In this document: positions 51,358-62,825 of the stretch, piece by piece | How the letters are laid out: every line of letters begins with the position of its first letter | Position numbering within the stretch: position 1 is the stretch's first letter | Assembly: GCA_002633005.1 (NCBI GenBank) | Contig: NMRA01000349.1 | Coordinates: 248,001-312,000 of the forward strand | From: Phoronis australis | Lineage: Eukaryota; Animalia; Phoronida | Length of the DNA: 64,000 bases | Reading direction: 5' to 3' | Notes under the pieces: generated by a model | The model's database searches: none | Told to the model about the DNA's origin: nothing | The model's input: only the letters and a program-made list of their open reading frames with translations | Translations under genes and position numbers: made by a program

Positions 51358-53463
51358 GATTGTTTGATGTCTGCTTTTACGTCAGATAGGGTGGTTGATG
51401 GATAGTTTTTTTACTGTTTGCTGTCTGAAATGTGTCACGAAAGAATATGTTATGCAAGAGTATAGAAGAAAATTTGAAAGCTAGAAAATGGATGTGGTTT
51501 GAATCATTTGTATTTTTTGGAGTTCTGTAGTTTTTTCTTGTTACAGCATAACAGTGTTTAAAACTACAGGACGACAAAAACGTATTAAACAGTCTTTAAC
51601 TTAACTGTAAAACGCCTTTCATTTTTGGCTTTTCATACTGAACGTAAACTACTCAAAAAAGTAAATGGATGTTGTTGTTCACTACTAATTACCTGGAAAT
51701 TGAGAAGTTCAACATGGATGTAGTCCATACAATATAGGTGTTTGCCAGGAAATTTTCCAGACATTTTGAAATGTGTCTGAGGAATTTTTGTCTGATGTTG
51801 AAAGAACAAGTTTTTATGAAAATTCACTAGTCAGAAAACGAAAGTCACAAAATTTAAGAGATTTAACCAGTGCAGGTTCCTGGTTTCTTGGAACTATTGG
51901 TGGTCTATTAGTTGCTTGTGCCTAAACTATACTCACTTGTTGTTTCCTAAGGTTCACACAATGCCAGTCACCCTCACATATGCAGTTCTAGTCACGATTC
52001 TAAACTTTGTCAGCTGAAAATGTAAGGTAGTGTTAACACAGTTGTGCCCTTCCTCAGCACTAGGAACCAATTTAACACGTCACAGATAGTTCATGTGCCA
52101 GAAAAAAGGAAAAAATAAATTAATTTATCATCAAAACTTTAGAAACATTTAGAAAATATATTTCGTGGAACATAAAAAAGTTTCAAGCCAGCAATTTCTG
52201 ATGTTAAAAATGGAAGTATTTCCATATAGCCGAGCCTTTTGTCTTGCTCCGCCATTTTGGATTCAAGGAAGAGCAACTACAAGATTTCTTGTCCTAATTT
52301 CATCAGCATGAACACAATACCAAACAAACAGTGATAATATCTAATTAAAATGTGTTTTCAACAACATGGCATGCACGAACGCTTAAAATTTAATCTTGTA
52401 CACCAAAGCTACTTGTTTTCTCTCACCTCGTCTCTCACCTTTCGTCTCAAAACACCAAGCGTACAAGTCCCGGATGTAACGCTAAGACGTGTGGGATTGC
52501 TCACCAGCCAAATGGCAGCAATGACCGAAACCAATTATGGGATTAGTGAATAGAACAAGTGTTTGAAAATTGCAGGTTTCTATATTCCTTCTCGTATTGG
52601 TTCCTAGCTCAGCATTACATTTCCTGGACTGTTAAAACCAAGAAATTTCCAATATGTCATATGATCTGATCTAAAATAACATTCCATAAACTTGACAAAC
52701 AAGCCTATTGTGTTGGTGCACAATGCTCTGTTAGTATTGAAGTATGTCAGACTTTATGTATCTAGTCTCCTGGAGCTCCAATAAACTTTATTGTCAAGCA
52801 AGCTTTTTGTGTTGGTACACAATACTGTGGTTAAGCATGCTATGCTAGTCAAAAGAGCTTACAGTCACACAAAGGAATTAGTAGATGAAAGTTAAGTCTA
52901 ATTTCTCTGAAAATCAACTGTTTTTCTCCAGTCCACATTTTTTGGTGACAGTATTTTATACAAAGCACATCTGCTTCATGGCATTTGTTGAAAGCCGTTT
53001 ACAGATGGTATTTTTAAATATGGGTTAGCATCAGGTCACTGTTTAAAACATCCTTGCTGGATTACATGAGCATCAGATGAAAGCAGACAATAAGAAAGCT
53101 GGACTTTGTAAACATTGGTTTGCCACTGTCAAACTGATAACAACAGGGCTGTATCCTGACTGACCAAGCAGTCAATCAGGAATCAGCAGTTTAAAGTTAA
53201 GTCTAATTTCTCCCAAAGTCAACAACTTTTTTAGTAATAGCATTTCATAAAGAACGTGGTTGTTTGCATTTCTCATAGTGCTAACAGATGAGGGAAATCT
53301 GACCTAGGGTAAACATGCCCTAAAAGCCAGAAAGTTGAGCATCTTTTATCCATCTTTGCCTAAGGGCTGGTACTCCATTTGTGAATCAGCCACCTTGAAA
53401 TTCACCCCATGGCTGATGTGGGGCTATTTCCATTGGGGTGTCAGGTGACTATAGTCAGGATCC

Positions 53464-53670
53464 AGGGGCGGATCCAGGATTTTGAGTAAGGGGCGGGGGG
53501 GGCAGGACAAAGGAATAACCAGAATTTCGCCAGCCTAAAATGTACAGATGTAAGGGGTCTTGAAGTTTTGGGACCTTATGACTAAAAAAACGGGTAAACT
53601 CGGTGTGTTCATGGCCGCTATGCATTGTGCATTCCGCCCCCTCCCCCAATCCCCTCTAGGTGCGCGCATG
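53464..53670. mobile_element. MITE-like element related to 13330-13479
   Basis: CAGGGGCGGATCCAGGATTTTGAG-G-run ... C-run CTAGGTGCGCGCATG. Confidence 0.45.
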
Positions 53671-54854
53671 TTCCAGTCAGCAATTCGTACCCTGAACTGT
53701 AATTTCTAGAACGGCGGACCTTTGATATTTTGCAAATATCGACACTATAGTTTTTGTTAAGGCCCTTGATGCAGCTTAAATAGGGGAGAGGTAAAGCTAT
53801 ATACACGATGACACTCAGCTCTATGTTCCTGAAATGAGACGGAATTCATAATACCAGAAATGTGGTTACTCACAAAGAACAGCACTTAAATTCGGATGTT
53901 ACGTGGTCCAGAAAGAGTACATTCTCGCATTACCCCAGCCAATGAACTTTCAAATCGGTCGCACTTAAATGAGTGATAACACCTCATTTCATATTCGGAC
54001 GAAACTATGTGGTCGGAGAATGACTCGAAATTTTTATCTGGTTATATTTTGCATGTTACTTAAGTTGCTTAATGGCTGAAAACGGCAACAGCCCAGTATT
54101 CCAATGGTTCACTACTCTGAAGGTTCACTACTCCAATCAAAGGTTCATTGCACGAAAAATATCTATAATTTCGGATTCAGCTGTAGTTTTTTAACATTTA
54201 CGGTATTAGATGTACTGAGTGGTGTACCAGCATAACCGAAACAAATTTCGTATTTCATGTGCATGAGAAATTGCCTACATCTGTGTCTTACGAATTTGGA
54301 AAATGAGTACAGTGTACTTGCATTTTTAAAGGAATATGAAGTAGGAATATTGAATTATCAACCATGGCATTCATCAAATTCATATCAAGATTGCATCATT
54401 TCACAGCGCAACTGAAAAGTTAATTAGGGCCGCTGCACCTCAATCTCACCCGAGCCCGCCGGAATCACGCTCGTGGCCGAGCTGTAGGGTGCCCTGTCCT
54501 GGTCAGTTTTCATGAAGTCAAACAGTTCCATTCAGTATTCTCGAATTTAAAATAAAACGGAAGAATGGAAACGCACACACATGTACAAGTATGGATGTCA
54601 ATACACCAATCCACTATTAAAGTCGACACTGGATGAACAACTTATTTGACAATCACTAATTTGATGAAGCGCTTGAAAATTATTACTAACTTGGTTATAA
54701 TTATAGTTTGTACCAGTATCAGCAACAATTTTTTGTTGTTGCCCACTTATGTCCTATCATTAACGGATAGGCTGAGGCTGGACCTTTTCTGCAGGGGGGG
54801 TTTTCGAACCGCTGAACCCCCTGGCTACAGGCCAGTGTCCCAAATGCAGAATTT

Positions 54855-55980
54855 TTACCGGTTACCATGTGTGCCCATGTGCCGAGTCAGAGCACCTCTG
54901 TTACTGCACACATGCCCACACTGGGTACAAGTTGTGTCATTCCATAAGTCTGCATCTTCATCATCATTGTCATCACCACCATTAGGGCAATATATTTGCT
55001 TGTCATGTGTGCGCATGTGCCAGGCTAGTGCAGCTCTGTTGCTGCAAACACGTCCACACTGAGTGCACACTGTGTCATTCCACGAGTCTGCATCTGTGGT
55101 ATCTCCATTGATAGGTTAGTGTGTTTGATTACCATGTGAGCGCAGGTGTGAAATGAGACCTGCTCGGTTGCTACAAACACACCCACAAATTGTGCATGCT
55201 GTGTCATCCCAGGAGTGTTCTTCATCAGACATGGGGTCGTCATATTCAATCCACGATTCTGCTTTATTTACCAACTCGTTACCATGGTCACTGTGTTGGC
55301 GTATTTGATTGACGTGTGTAGGCATGTCTAGAGCACCTCTGTTGGTGCACACGTGACTATAAGAGGTGCGAAATGGGACTTCCCAAGATAGTATTTCATT
55401 GGGTACATGCTTATTTTCTTCAGTCGTTTGGTCGCCATATTCATGTGTATGTGTGCCGCTGTACACACCCAGAAATGTTATGCGTTCTGCATCAGTCCAA
55501 GAGTTTGTTTCATGAAGTGTCTTACCGCCATTGCTCCCACCATCATTGGATTGGTACATATGGTAATTATGTGCATGCCTATGTGAGGCCACGCCAGCGT
55601 CACTGCTGTACATAGTCCCACATCTGGCACTTTCTGTATCATCCCAGGACTGTTTTCCATTGATTGTCTTATAATCATCACTGGGTTGGAACAAACGGTA
55701 GTCGCGTGTGCGTTTATGTGAGGCCAAGCCATCACCTCTGCTTTACATAGGCTTATACCTGGCACTTTCTGCATTATCCTAAGGATTGTTCTCTACTGAG
55801 CTTCTTATAGTCGTCACTAGATTGGTACAAATGGTAGTTACGTGTGAATGTATGTGAGGTTAAACTATCTCAGCTGCTGTACACAGGCTCATACCTGGCA
55901 CTTTCTACATCATACCAAGACTGTTCACCATTGAGTTACTTTTAATCATTTAACTGGATTGGTACAAATGGTAGTATGTC
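54855..55980 (-). pseudogene. C2H2 zinc-finger repeat array, cassette 2, frameshifted
   Basis: Three intact fingers (CTICGCVCSNRAGLISHLRSH, CTQCGRVCSNRAALAWHMRTH, CTQCGHVCSNRGALTRHMGTH), each preceded by W-x-D, plus degenerate units upstream. Confidence 0.7.
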
Positions 55981-56108
55981 GTCTGTGCGGGTGTAATTCA
56001 ATGACTGCTTGATTTTTGTCCCAGCATGTATGGTTCACCATTTTCTGAAAATTGGGTTTGCTTGTGTGATCCAGGCTTGGATTAATGTTAGGAAATGTTA
56101 AAAATCAT

Positions 56109-57448
56109 TTATTGCAAATGGAGAGCCATTGGTGTGTCTGTTATTCTTTTGCCTATTTGTAGGTCTGTTAGTCTAGTTTTCAGGTCTATTCGATTGGTAT
56201 TCAGGTCTATTAGTCTGGTTTTCAGGTTTTTTTGTCTGGTTTCCAGCTCTATTAGTCTGGTTTCCAGGTCTATTAGTCTGGTTTCCAGGTATTTTAGTCT
56301 GGTTTCCAAGTCTATTGGTCTGGGCATATTCAGGACAGCAAATAGCGGTTGGTGGCCCAAACATTCAGGTTGTGGTTTTAATTTGACCTTGGGAATGTCA
56401 GTTATTAATCCATTATATAAAAAATAGTCGATCTTTTTTTCTTCATTGTCTGGGTACAAATGGAATTGGGTGTGTTCTTCTAAGACTTTCTTTGCGTTGG
56501 AGATCTTAAAGTTGAAGTCGCCTCCAACAAGTATTTTCAATCCCTCCTGTTTGCTTAACTCATCCAGCAAAAGCAGAAGCTCTTTGAATATGGTTTCCTT
56601 TTCTTCCTTCTTTACTTTTAAATGACGGCCGTGGTAAGTGGCCACAAGAAGTTTTAGATTCGGCTCGGGCTTTGATTGTAACTTTGTGATGAACAGCCTG
56701 TTTAAAAATTCACTGTTATTAGATACCAGGGACGTCTCGAGAAGTTCCTCATGTTTGGGCGTTAAGTCATATTCTTCAGTCTGCAGTTCATTTACATCGT
56801 ACACGAAACATGTTGATGAGTAAGGTCTGTCTTCTTTTCCCTCCAATACCTCGTAACACCTGGGTTTAAAGGAGTCTGCATTTTTGTTCAGGTGTTTTTT
56901 TTTAAATCTATCTGCATTGCTTAACTCTTGCAGAAACATCAGGGCCCGGTCTCCAATCTTTTTACTCGAAATGGAACTCGAAATTAGGTTTGGCATTTTC
57001 TACTCTACTTTTGGGCGAACTCAAGATAAGTGTCTATTATTCTATGCTCGAGTATACAATAACTTACGTAGATAATTTATTGCCCTTAGTTCACAGTTTG
57101 TAAACCCAATATTAAAGCAATAAGTTCGAGTTTGAACTCGAAATTTCGAGTTTTTACTCGAGATTGTAGCACGAATATAAGGGTCTTCAAGGGCAAACTT
57201 GAACTAGAAACTCCTATGCATTAACTATAATGTATTCGAGCACAGTCTGATAACCAATTATCTTAAGTTCGCACAAAAGGAGCAGAGAAATTGCCAAAAA
57301 TAGTTTCGAGTTCGTTTCGAGTACAAAGATTAGAGACCGGGCCCAGATGTGGCTTTTTTGCCTCCAGCAAGTCGCGTATGTATGTATATGCTTCCGTGGT
57401 GTTCCCTGATTTAGGGCCTGCATTCAAGTTTATTAATTTAATCTTCAT
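56109..57448 (-). pseudogene. Second EEP-heptad paralog (~311 aa restored), interrupted by a MITE
   Basis: MKIKLINLNAG...KKPHL (57448-57344) joins in frame to MFLQEL (from 56939) once the insertion and one TSD are removed. Retains ATYHG, GGDFN and KIDY, but DH is changed to GH. 21-nt repeats encode (IDLETRL)-like heptads. Confidence 0.8.
56943..57343. mobile_element. 401-bp PIF/Harbinger-like MITE
   Basis: ~40-bp TIRs GGCCCGGTCTC.AATCTTT.TACTCGAAA..., internal ACTCGAAA repeats, 3-bp TSD CAG at 56940-56942 and 57344-57346. Confidence 0.85.
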
Positions 57449-58943
57449 GATTGTGTGATGTATGTTTGTCTGCTTTTATATCAGATGGGTGGTTGATGCA
57501 TATTGTCTTTGCTGTATGCTATCTGAAATGTGTCAAAAAGGAATAATTAGTTATAGAAGAGAACAATACATGGAAATATGAAAAATGAATGTAGTTTGAA
57601 ATCATTTTTTATGTAGTGATATTTCCTTGTTACAGTGTAACAGTGTTTAAAACTACAAGACGCGATTATCATATTTAACAGAGTGTCTTTACTGTAAAAC
57701 AAAATTTATAGGTGTTCGTACTGAAGTAAACTAACCAAAAAATTAAATGTACACCATGTTGTTGTTGTTCACTACTAATTACCAGGAAATAGAGAACATG
57801 GATGTAGTCCATGTAGGTGTTTGCCAGGAAATTCCCGACATTTTGAAATGTCTCGGGAATTTTTGTCTGATGTTGGGAGAACAAGTTTTTATGAGTATTT
57901 GCGAGTCAGAAACCAAAAGTCACAAATTGGCAGATTTCACCAGTGTGGGTTCCTGGTTTCTTGGAATTATTGATGTACCATAATTTGGTTGTGCCTAAGC
58001 TATACTTACTTGTTGTTTTCTGAGCTTCACACAATGCCAGTCACCCTGGTATCTGCTGTTCTTTTTAAGATTCTAAACTGTGTCAACTTAAAGGTAGTGT
58101 TATCACAGTTGAGTCCTTTCTCAGCATTAAATTCCCCTGGACTGTTAAAACCAATACCAGGATCCAATATAGATTCATGTTCCATTATACTTGACAAATA
58201 AACCTATTGTGTTGGTATACAATGCTGTGGTAGTATTTGTACATTGTGTACCACTATCCTAGAGTGTAAAAATCAATTTCCACTATCACGATCTAGTCTA
58301 GAATCATTCTCCCATAGTCAACCACTTTTCTCCATTTGAAGTTTTTTTAGTAATAGCATTTCATGAAGAACACGTCTTCTTCACATTTGTGGAATGATGT
58401 TTAGAAATAGTGTTTTTACTTGGCGGAATTTTAATTCCGCCAAGTATGTTGGTCTGACAGCAAGTTTTTCTTTTTTTGTTTGTTCGCTCTCTACAGGTCG
58501 TCGTGTAGATCGGGAAGTACTGGAACGCTATTGTTTTTGGTCATGATCGGATTCAAAATGGCAGACGTGGCAGCCATTTTGTTTCCAATTTCACAGTCAA
58601 ATGCTCGTAGAGGCCGCATTTTTCGACGTACAGGGCTGAAACGTGGTACAATTATTATAGAACACGTGCTACAACTGTGCCGAAAATCGTTGACTTCCAG
58701 TCAAAGATGGCAGAAATATTGACGATGGCGCATGTGCACCTTGATATCTGGCCAAAAACGTTTTCCCCTGTAGAGGGCGCATTAGCGAACCAATCACTTT
58801 CAAACTGGTCACGTGTTTCTTGGAATTGATCAGCTTTTACAAAATATTGTTTAACCGGAAGTCACTTTCAAGATGGCGGCTCTGGCGCATTTTCACCCAT
58901 TTTCAATCGTTCTGCTGTCGCCTTTTTAACGGGAAGAGCAAAT

Positions 58944-59206
58944 TGTTGTGTACTTAGTCACAATAACAGGATGTTTGTAGGTTGTTATTGTTATGAGTTT
59001 AGTAGGTTAATTGGTATTATGTCATGCGATTCCTAGTATAGGAAGTGTGTCATAGGTAACGCATCATATGTTGTTATGTAGTTGTGTGTATATATATTGT
59101 TGTGATATGTAGAATAAATTAGTTCAGTTTTTCAGTTCAATTCTGTTCGTTTCACTGCGTAGTTCATGGAGTGTCTACTTTATTTGACAAAGTAAGATAC
59201 ACAACA
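58944..59206 (+). mobile_element. Solo LTR, copy 2
   Basis: Nearly identical to 44104-44368, with a different 5-bp TSD (CAAAT). Confidence 0.85.
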
Positions 59207-59929
59207 CAAATGACGTGAATTTTTGCATGTAGATTCCTTGAAGTATGCTCTTTCAAAATTTCTGGGATAACGGTTTCCTCAGACTTACCGTTTTCGAGTT
59301 ATTTGACTTTGAATTTCAAAAAAATACAAAATTTCAATTTTTTCGATAAATTTATGGAATGTTAAAACTATCAATTTAGATAGAATTTCGAACGGGCTTA
59401 CAGAAGATATTGTCCATTTTTCGCTAGATAATACAACACAAGAGAGCAAAGCAGTCATGGTACCTGAACATGGCCAAATTTCTTTTAATGATAGTGTTCA
59501 AGATGAAATATCAAAAATGTTGCCACAGTTTTGTATGTTTTTTCATGAAAATCTTTATAGTTCTATTTTGTTGTGACCCTGCATTGTAAAAATGGAAAGT
59601 TTAAAAAAAACAAGTCCTAACTGTACTGTGGTTTGGATCATAAACCATCACATGTGAAAGCTTATATGAATTTAAATAGCCATTTCTGAGATGTGATGTT
59701 CTGAAGTTGGCCAAATTTGGACATTTATCTACAGGTCCCTCTCAACCTCAGTATCATGTGATTCACAGAACTATTTGCTATCAGTGCCATTTTGAGAAAA
59801 CTTAGCCAAAATAAATCACTCTAGTTCATGTCTTGGTGATCTTAAGATCAAACACAAATTCAAGCATGGTATAAATTACCATGTAGATGTCTGAGGAACT
59901 ATTGATGCACTATAACCGGCTTGTGTCTA

Positions 59930-60252
59930 AATTGTACTTACTTATTGCTTCCTGGCCTTCATTGCCAGTCACCCTGACAGTCCTATTTAAGATTCTAAAC
60001 TGAGCCAGCTGATTAATAAGGTAGTGTTACATAATTGTGTACTTCCTGGTTGTTTGCATTTCTCAGTACTAACAGGTTGTGAGGCAAATCTTACCTCAGG
60101 TAAACATACCCTAAAGGCCAGGAAACTAACCTGTTTGGCAACTTTTATTCACCCTTACAGGAGTGCTGATACTCCATTTCTGAATCAGCCAAATTGAAAT
60201 TCACCCCATGGCTGATGTGGGGCTATTTCCATAGGGGTGTCAGATGACTAGT
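59930..60252 (-). repeat. Third partial copy of the EEP cassette upstream region
   Basis: TGCCAGTCACCCT..GATTCTAAACT..AAGGTAGTGTTA matches 51960 and 58035. TTGAAATTCACCCCATGGCTGATGTGGGGCTATTTCCAT matches 53395. Confidence 0.7.
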
Positions 60253-62416
60253 CTGAGGCTGATATAATGAGAGTGCTTGATAGATTTCAAAACATACCAA
60301 CTTCAACCTCTGCATGAGTTCAGTTTGTTAAAACTGCAAAAAATTTAAGTAAAAGCAATTAATGTATTAGTTATTAGAACCAACAACTGATATTCATGTT
60401 CGTTTGAACATCTCAGTTACTGTAAACTGCAAACATTAAATGATTTGATGAAAAAAACTTTAATTTTCATCTAAGCATCATTACAACAGAAGTTAGGTCT
60501 AGTGGACTTTAGTATTGACTTAGTCAGAATAATTAAATAAATATCCATGCTGAGCAATTTGGCAACAAAGTTGTAACTTTTGTCGAAGCTGAAAACTTTC
60601 ACAGTGACATTAACACATAAGTAATTGCCCAGTTGTATACCTTTCAGATGAAACTGAACACGACTTTGTCAAGTTGGTGACGAATCATTTAACTGAAGTT
60701 CACCTTGGGACTGCTCCTGACAAACTGAACCAGGTAGGATTGGCTGGCACAAGTTCGTCTAAAAGTTAAAGTCTCCAGGTGGCTCTACTTTGGTCGTGTT
60801 CTCATAGTGCAGCAAATCAAGTTCTAGGCGCAAAATCTGTCGTTAGTTGGGTTACGTAATCATGTTTTTTGTTGTACGTTTGTTAGAAAAATGAGAAGGT
60901 ACATTCATTTGATACAACACTGGGTATCAATTACTGTAACAGTTCTTTGATCAAATCATACAAAGCAGTAACAGTATGTTATGCCTAAAGTTTGTTTTTG
61001 ACCTGTGTACCAGCTTTTCAGCCTCAGAAAACCTAAACGTACTGTGTAAATGCTAAGGCTCGTCTCCTTTCGCGTGAACTTTAAACCTGTACTTACATCA
61101 CTTATTTCAGAGGTTACACAAACACTTAGACATCCTCAGACTAATGTCACGTGACTGCAAGATTAATTTGTTAATTAACTGTATGCTGAACAAAGTTAAG
61201 ATCACTGCGCTCCGCCCAGATTTCGTTAACAAGCTGCTTCACGTGATTTCTGTTTCTCTGTTATTTTAAATGAGGATAATCTTACTGTAATATGCCGTTT
61301 TTTGTCACTAATATAAACATGATTATAGATAATGAATGAAGGTTCACTGTATTGTGAATTGAGTATGAACTGTAAGTACAGCTGCAGTTAAGTTCTTCTG
61401 GACAACACCCTGGGTATTGAGGCTGACATTAAACTCCACTCATTTCTGGTGAAAATCAGAATAACGAGTGTCCCTTGCGACTCCTGGGTACTAACGTACG
61501 CATGGGCGTATGTTTTGCGTACTGCTCAAAAAGCTGAGATAGATGAAATATCGAAGACATCACATCAAGGGACCATTACAGAAATCTCCGTCTTAAACCC
61601 AGCCACTGGTTCATCTTTCAGGCTCACCTGCAAACACGAGAATGGTTGTCCAAGTGTTTCCTAGAGCAAGCAGCGGGGGACAGTGTAGACCCTCAGGTCA
61701 GTGTAGTAATCTGCTGTTGTATTAATTGTCTGGTCACAATGAGGAAATATGTCGCCAATTGTGCTTGAGTCGAAATTCACTAACAGTCCTAAAAAGCAAT
61801 ATCGATGACTTGTCGTTAAAAGTGATTTTATGCTCTTTAAAATTCTGATGGTTTACGAAAATGTTTAACTGAGGTCTTGATCATCATTTATTTTAAGCTT
61901 TGGTTTGAGTTAAAGTCTCCTCAGGATCTATAAGCAATGCGGACACAAACCAGTGGCCAGAGTCACAAATACATCAATGAGATGTAGGTGATTACCAATC
62001 ACAACATTCACTATGTTCATAGATTATAGACAACAGATTTGCAACTCCGGCATATTCTTACGAGCCGAGTTGACCTCTCCTAACCTATCTGCTGCAGTTT
62101 CCGGTCAGTTTTAATTTGACGAGAAATACCTGCATCTACTTTACTGTCCAAAACAGCGAAAAAAACATTACTTTATATTAATTTCGGTATTGAAACGCTC
62201 TTCAAAATCTTTCAATAGTAGAAGTGTTGGTATTGTGAGTACTTTTGGCAATGCTACTGGTAATTAATTTCAAAATTCAAACTTCGGTTCCGACCTTTTA
62301 TGTCGTCTGCTTGCCCAATAGCAGCATAGTTATCGGACAGTTTTTGATTTACGGTTCACATAGGCCTACTGAGAAAACTACGAAAGCGTGTTTATAAATC
62401 AACATTCTCAAGTGAG

Positions 62417-62497
62417 CAGTTCTTCTGGGCAGTGTTGAGTGGCCCTTAAAAGGGCCGTTGGTTGTAGGTATAGCGTGAAATGGTTCTTAAAAGAACC
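62417..62497 (-). terminator. Two histone-type 3' stem-loops (62482-62497, 62441-62456) and an HDE-like element (62417-62427)
   Basis: On the - strand: CAAC-GGTTCT-TTTA-AGAACC-ATTTC, then CCAAC-GGCCCT-TTTA-AGGGCC-ACTCA, then CAGAAGAACTG 13 nt after the second stem. Confidence 0.8.
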
Positions 62498-62507
62498 GTT
62501 GAATAAT

Positions 62508-62825
62508 TCAACATAAATCACACAGTATGCCATGCTCACTCAAGTACTGAAGGTCCTCTTCATTAAAGTTTTCATCTGGAAAGGTTGGATGAAAACAGAG
62601 GAGATGACAATATCGATGACAGTTGTAACACCTTAGATAGATATCACCGTTCACCAACGTTGTCACGAACCCTGCATCGTTCAGTTCTTGTTCCTGTATC
62701 CACAAATAATCCTGAACTGTAGGAAAAAAATGACAAACAACACAACGAATCAAATTTCGAAAATCATCGCCTTCGTACGATTCCGTGTTGCTGTCACCAG
62801 ACTGATGTTCTTCCCCAACGTCCAT
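62508..62825 (-). CDS. Small acidic PHD-type (C4HC3) zinc-finger protein, 105 aa
   Basis: MDVGEE... CVVC-x34-CYNC-x4-H-x2-C-x24-CDLC*. The ORF ends exactly at the last zinc ligand. Confidence 0.65.
   Translation of the reverse strand: MDVGEEHQSGDSNTESYEGDDFRNLIRCVVCHFFPTVQDYLWIQEQELNDAGFVTTLVNGDIYLRCYNCHRYCHLLCFHPTFPDENFNEEDLQYLSEHGILCDLC

Noticed and set aside
56943-57343. MITE acting as a precisely spliced introner
   Set aside because: Using the GT and AG nearest the termini on the - strand leaves 17 extra nt, which shifts the frame.
44104-59206. One 15-kb LTR retrotransposon carrying the EEP genes
   Set aside because: Each LTR has its own TSD, a host exon lies between them, and no gag or pol is present.
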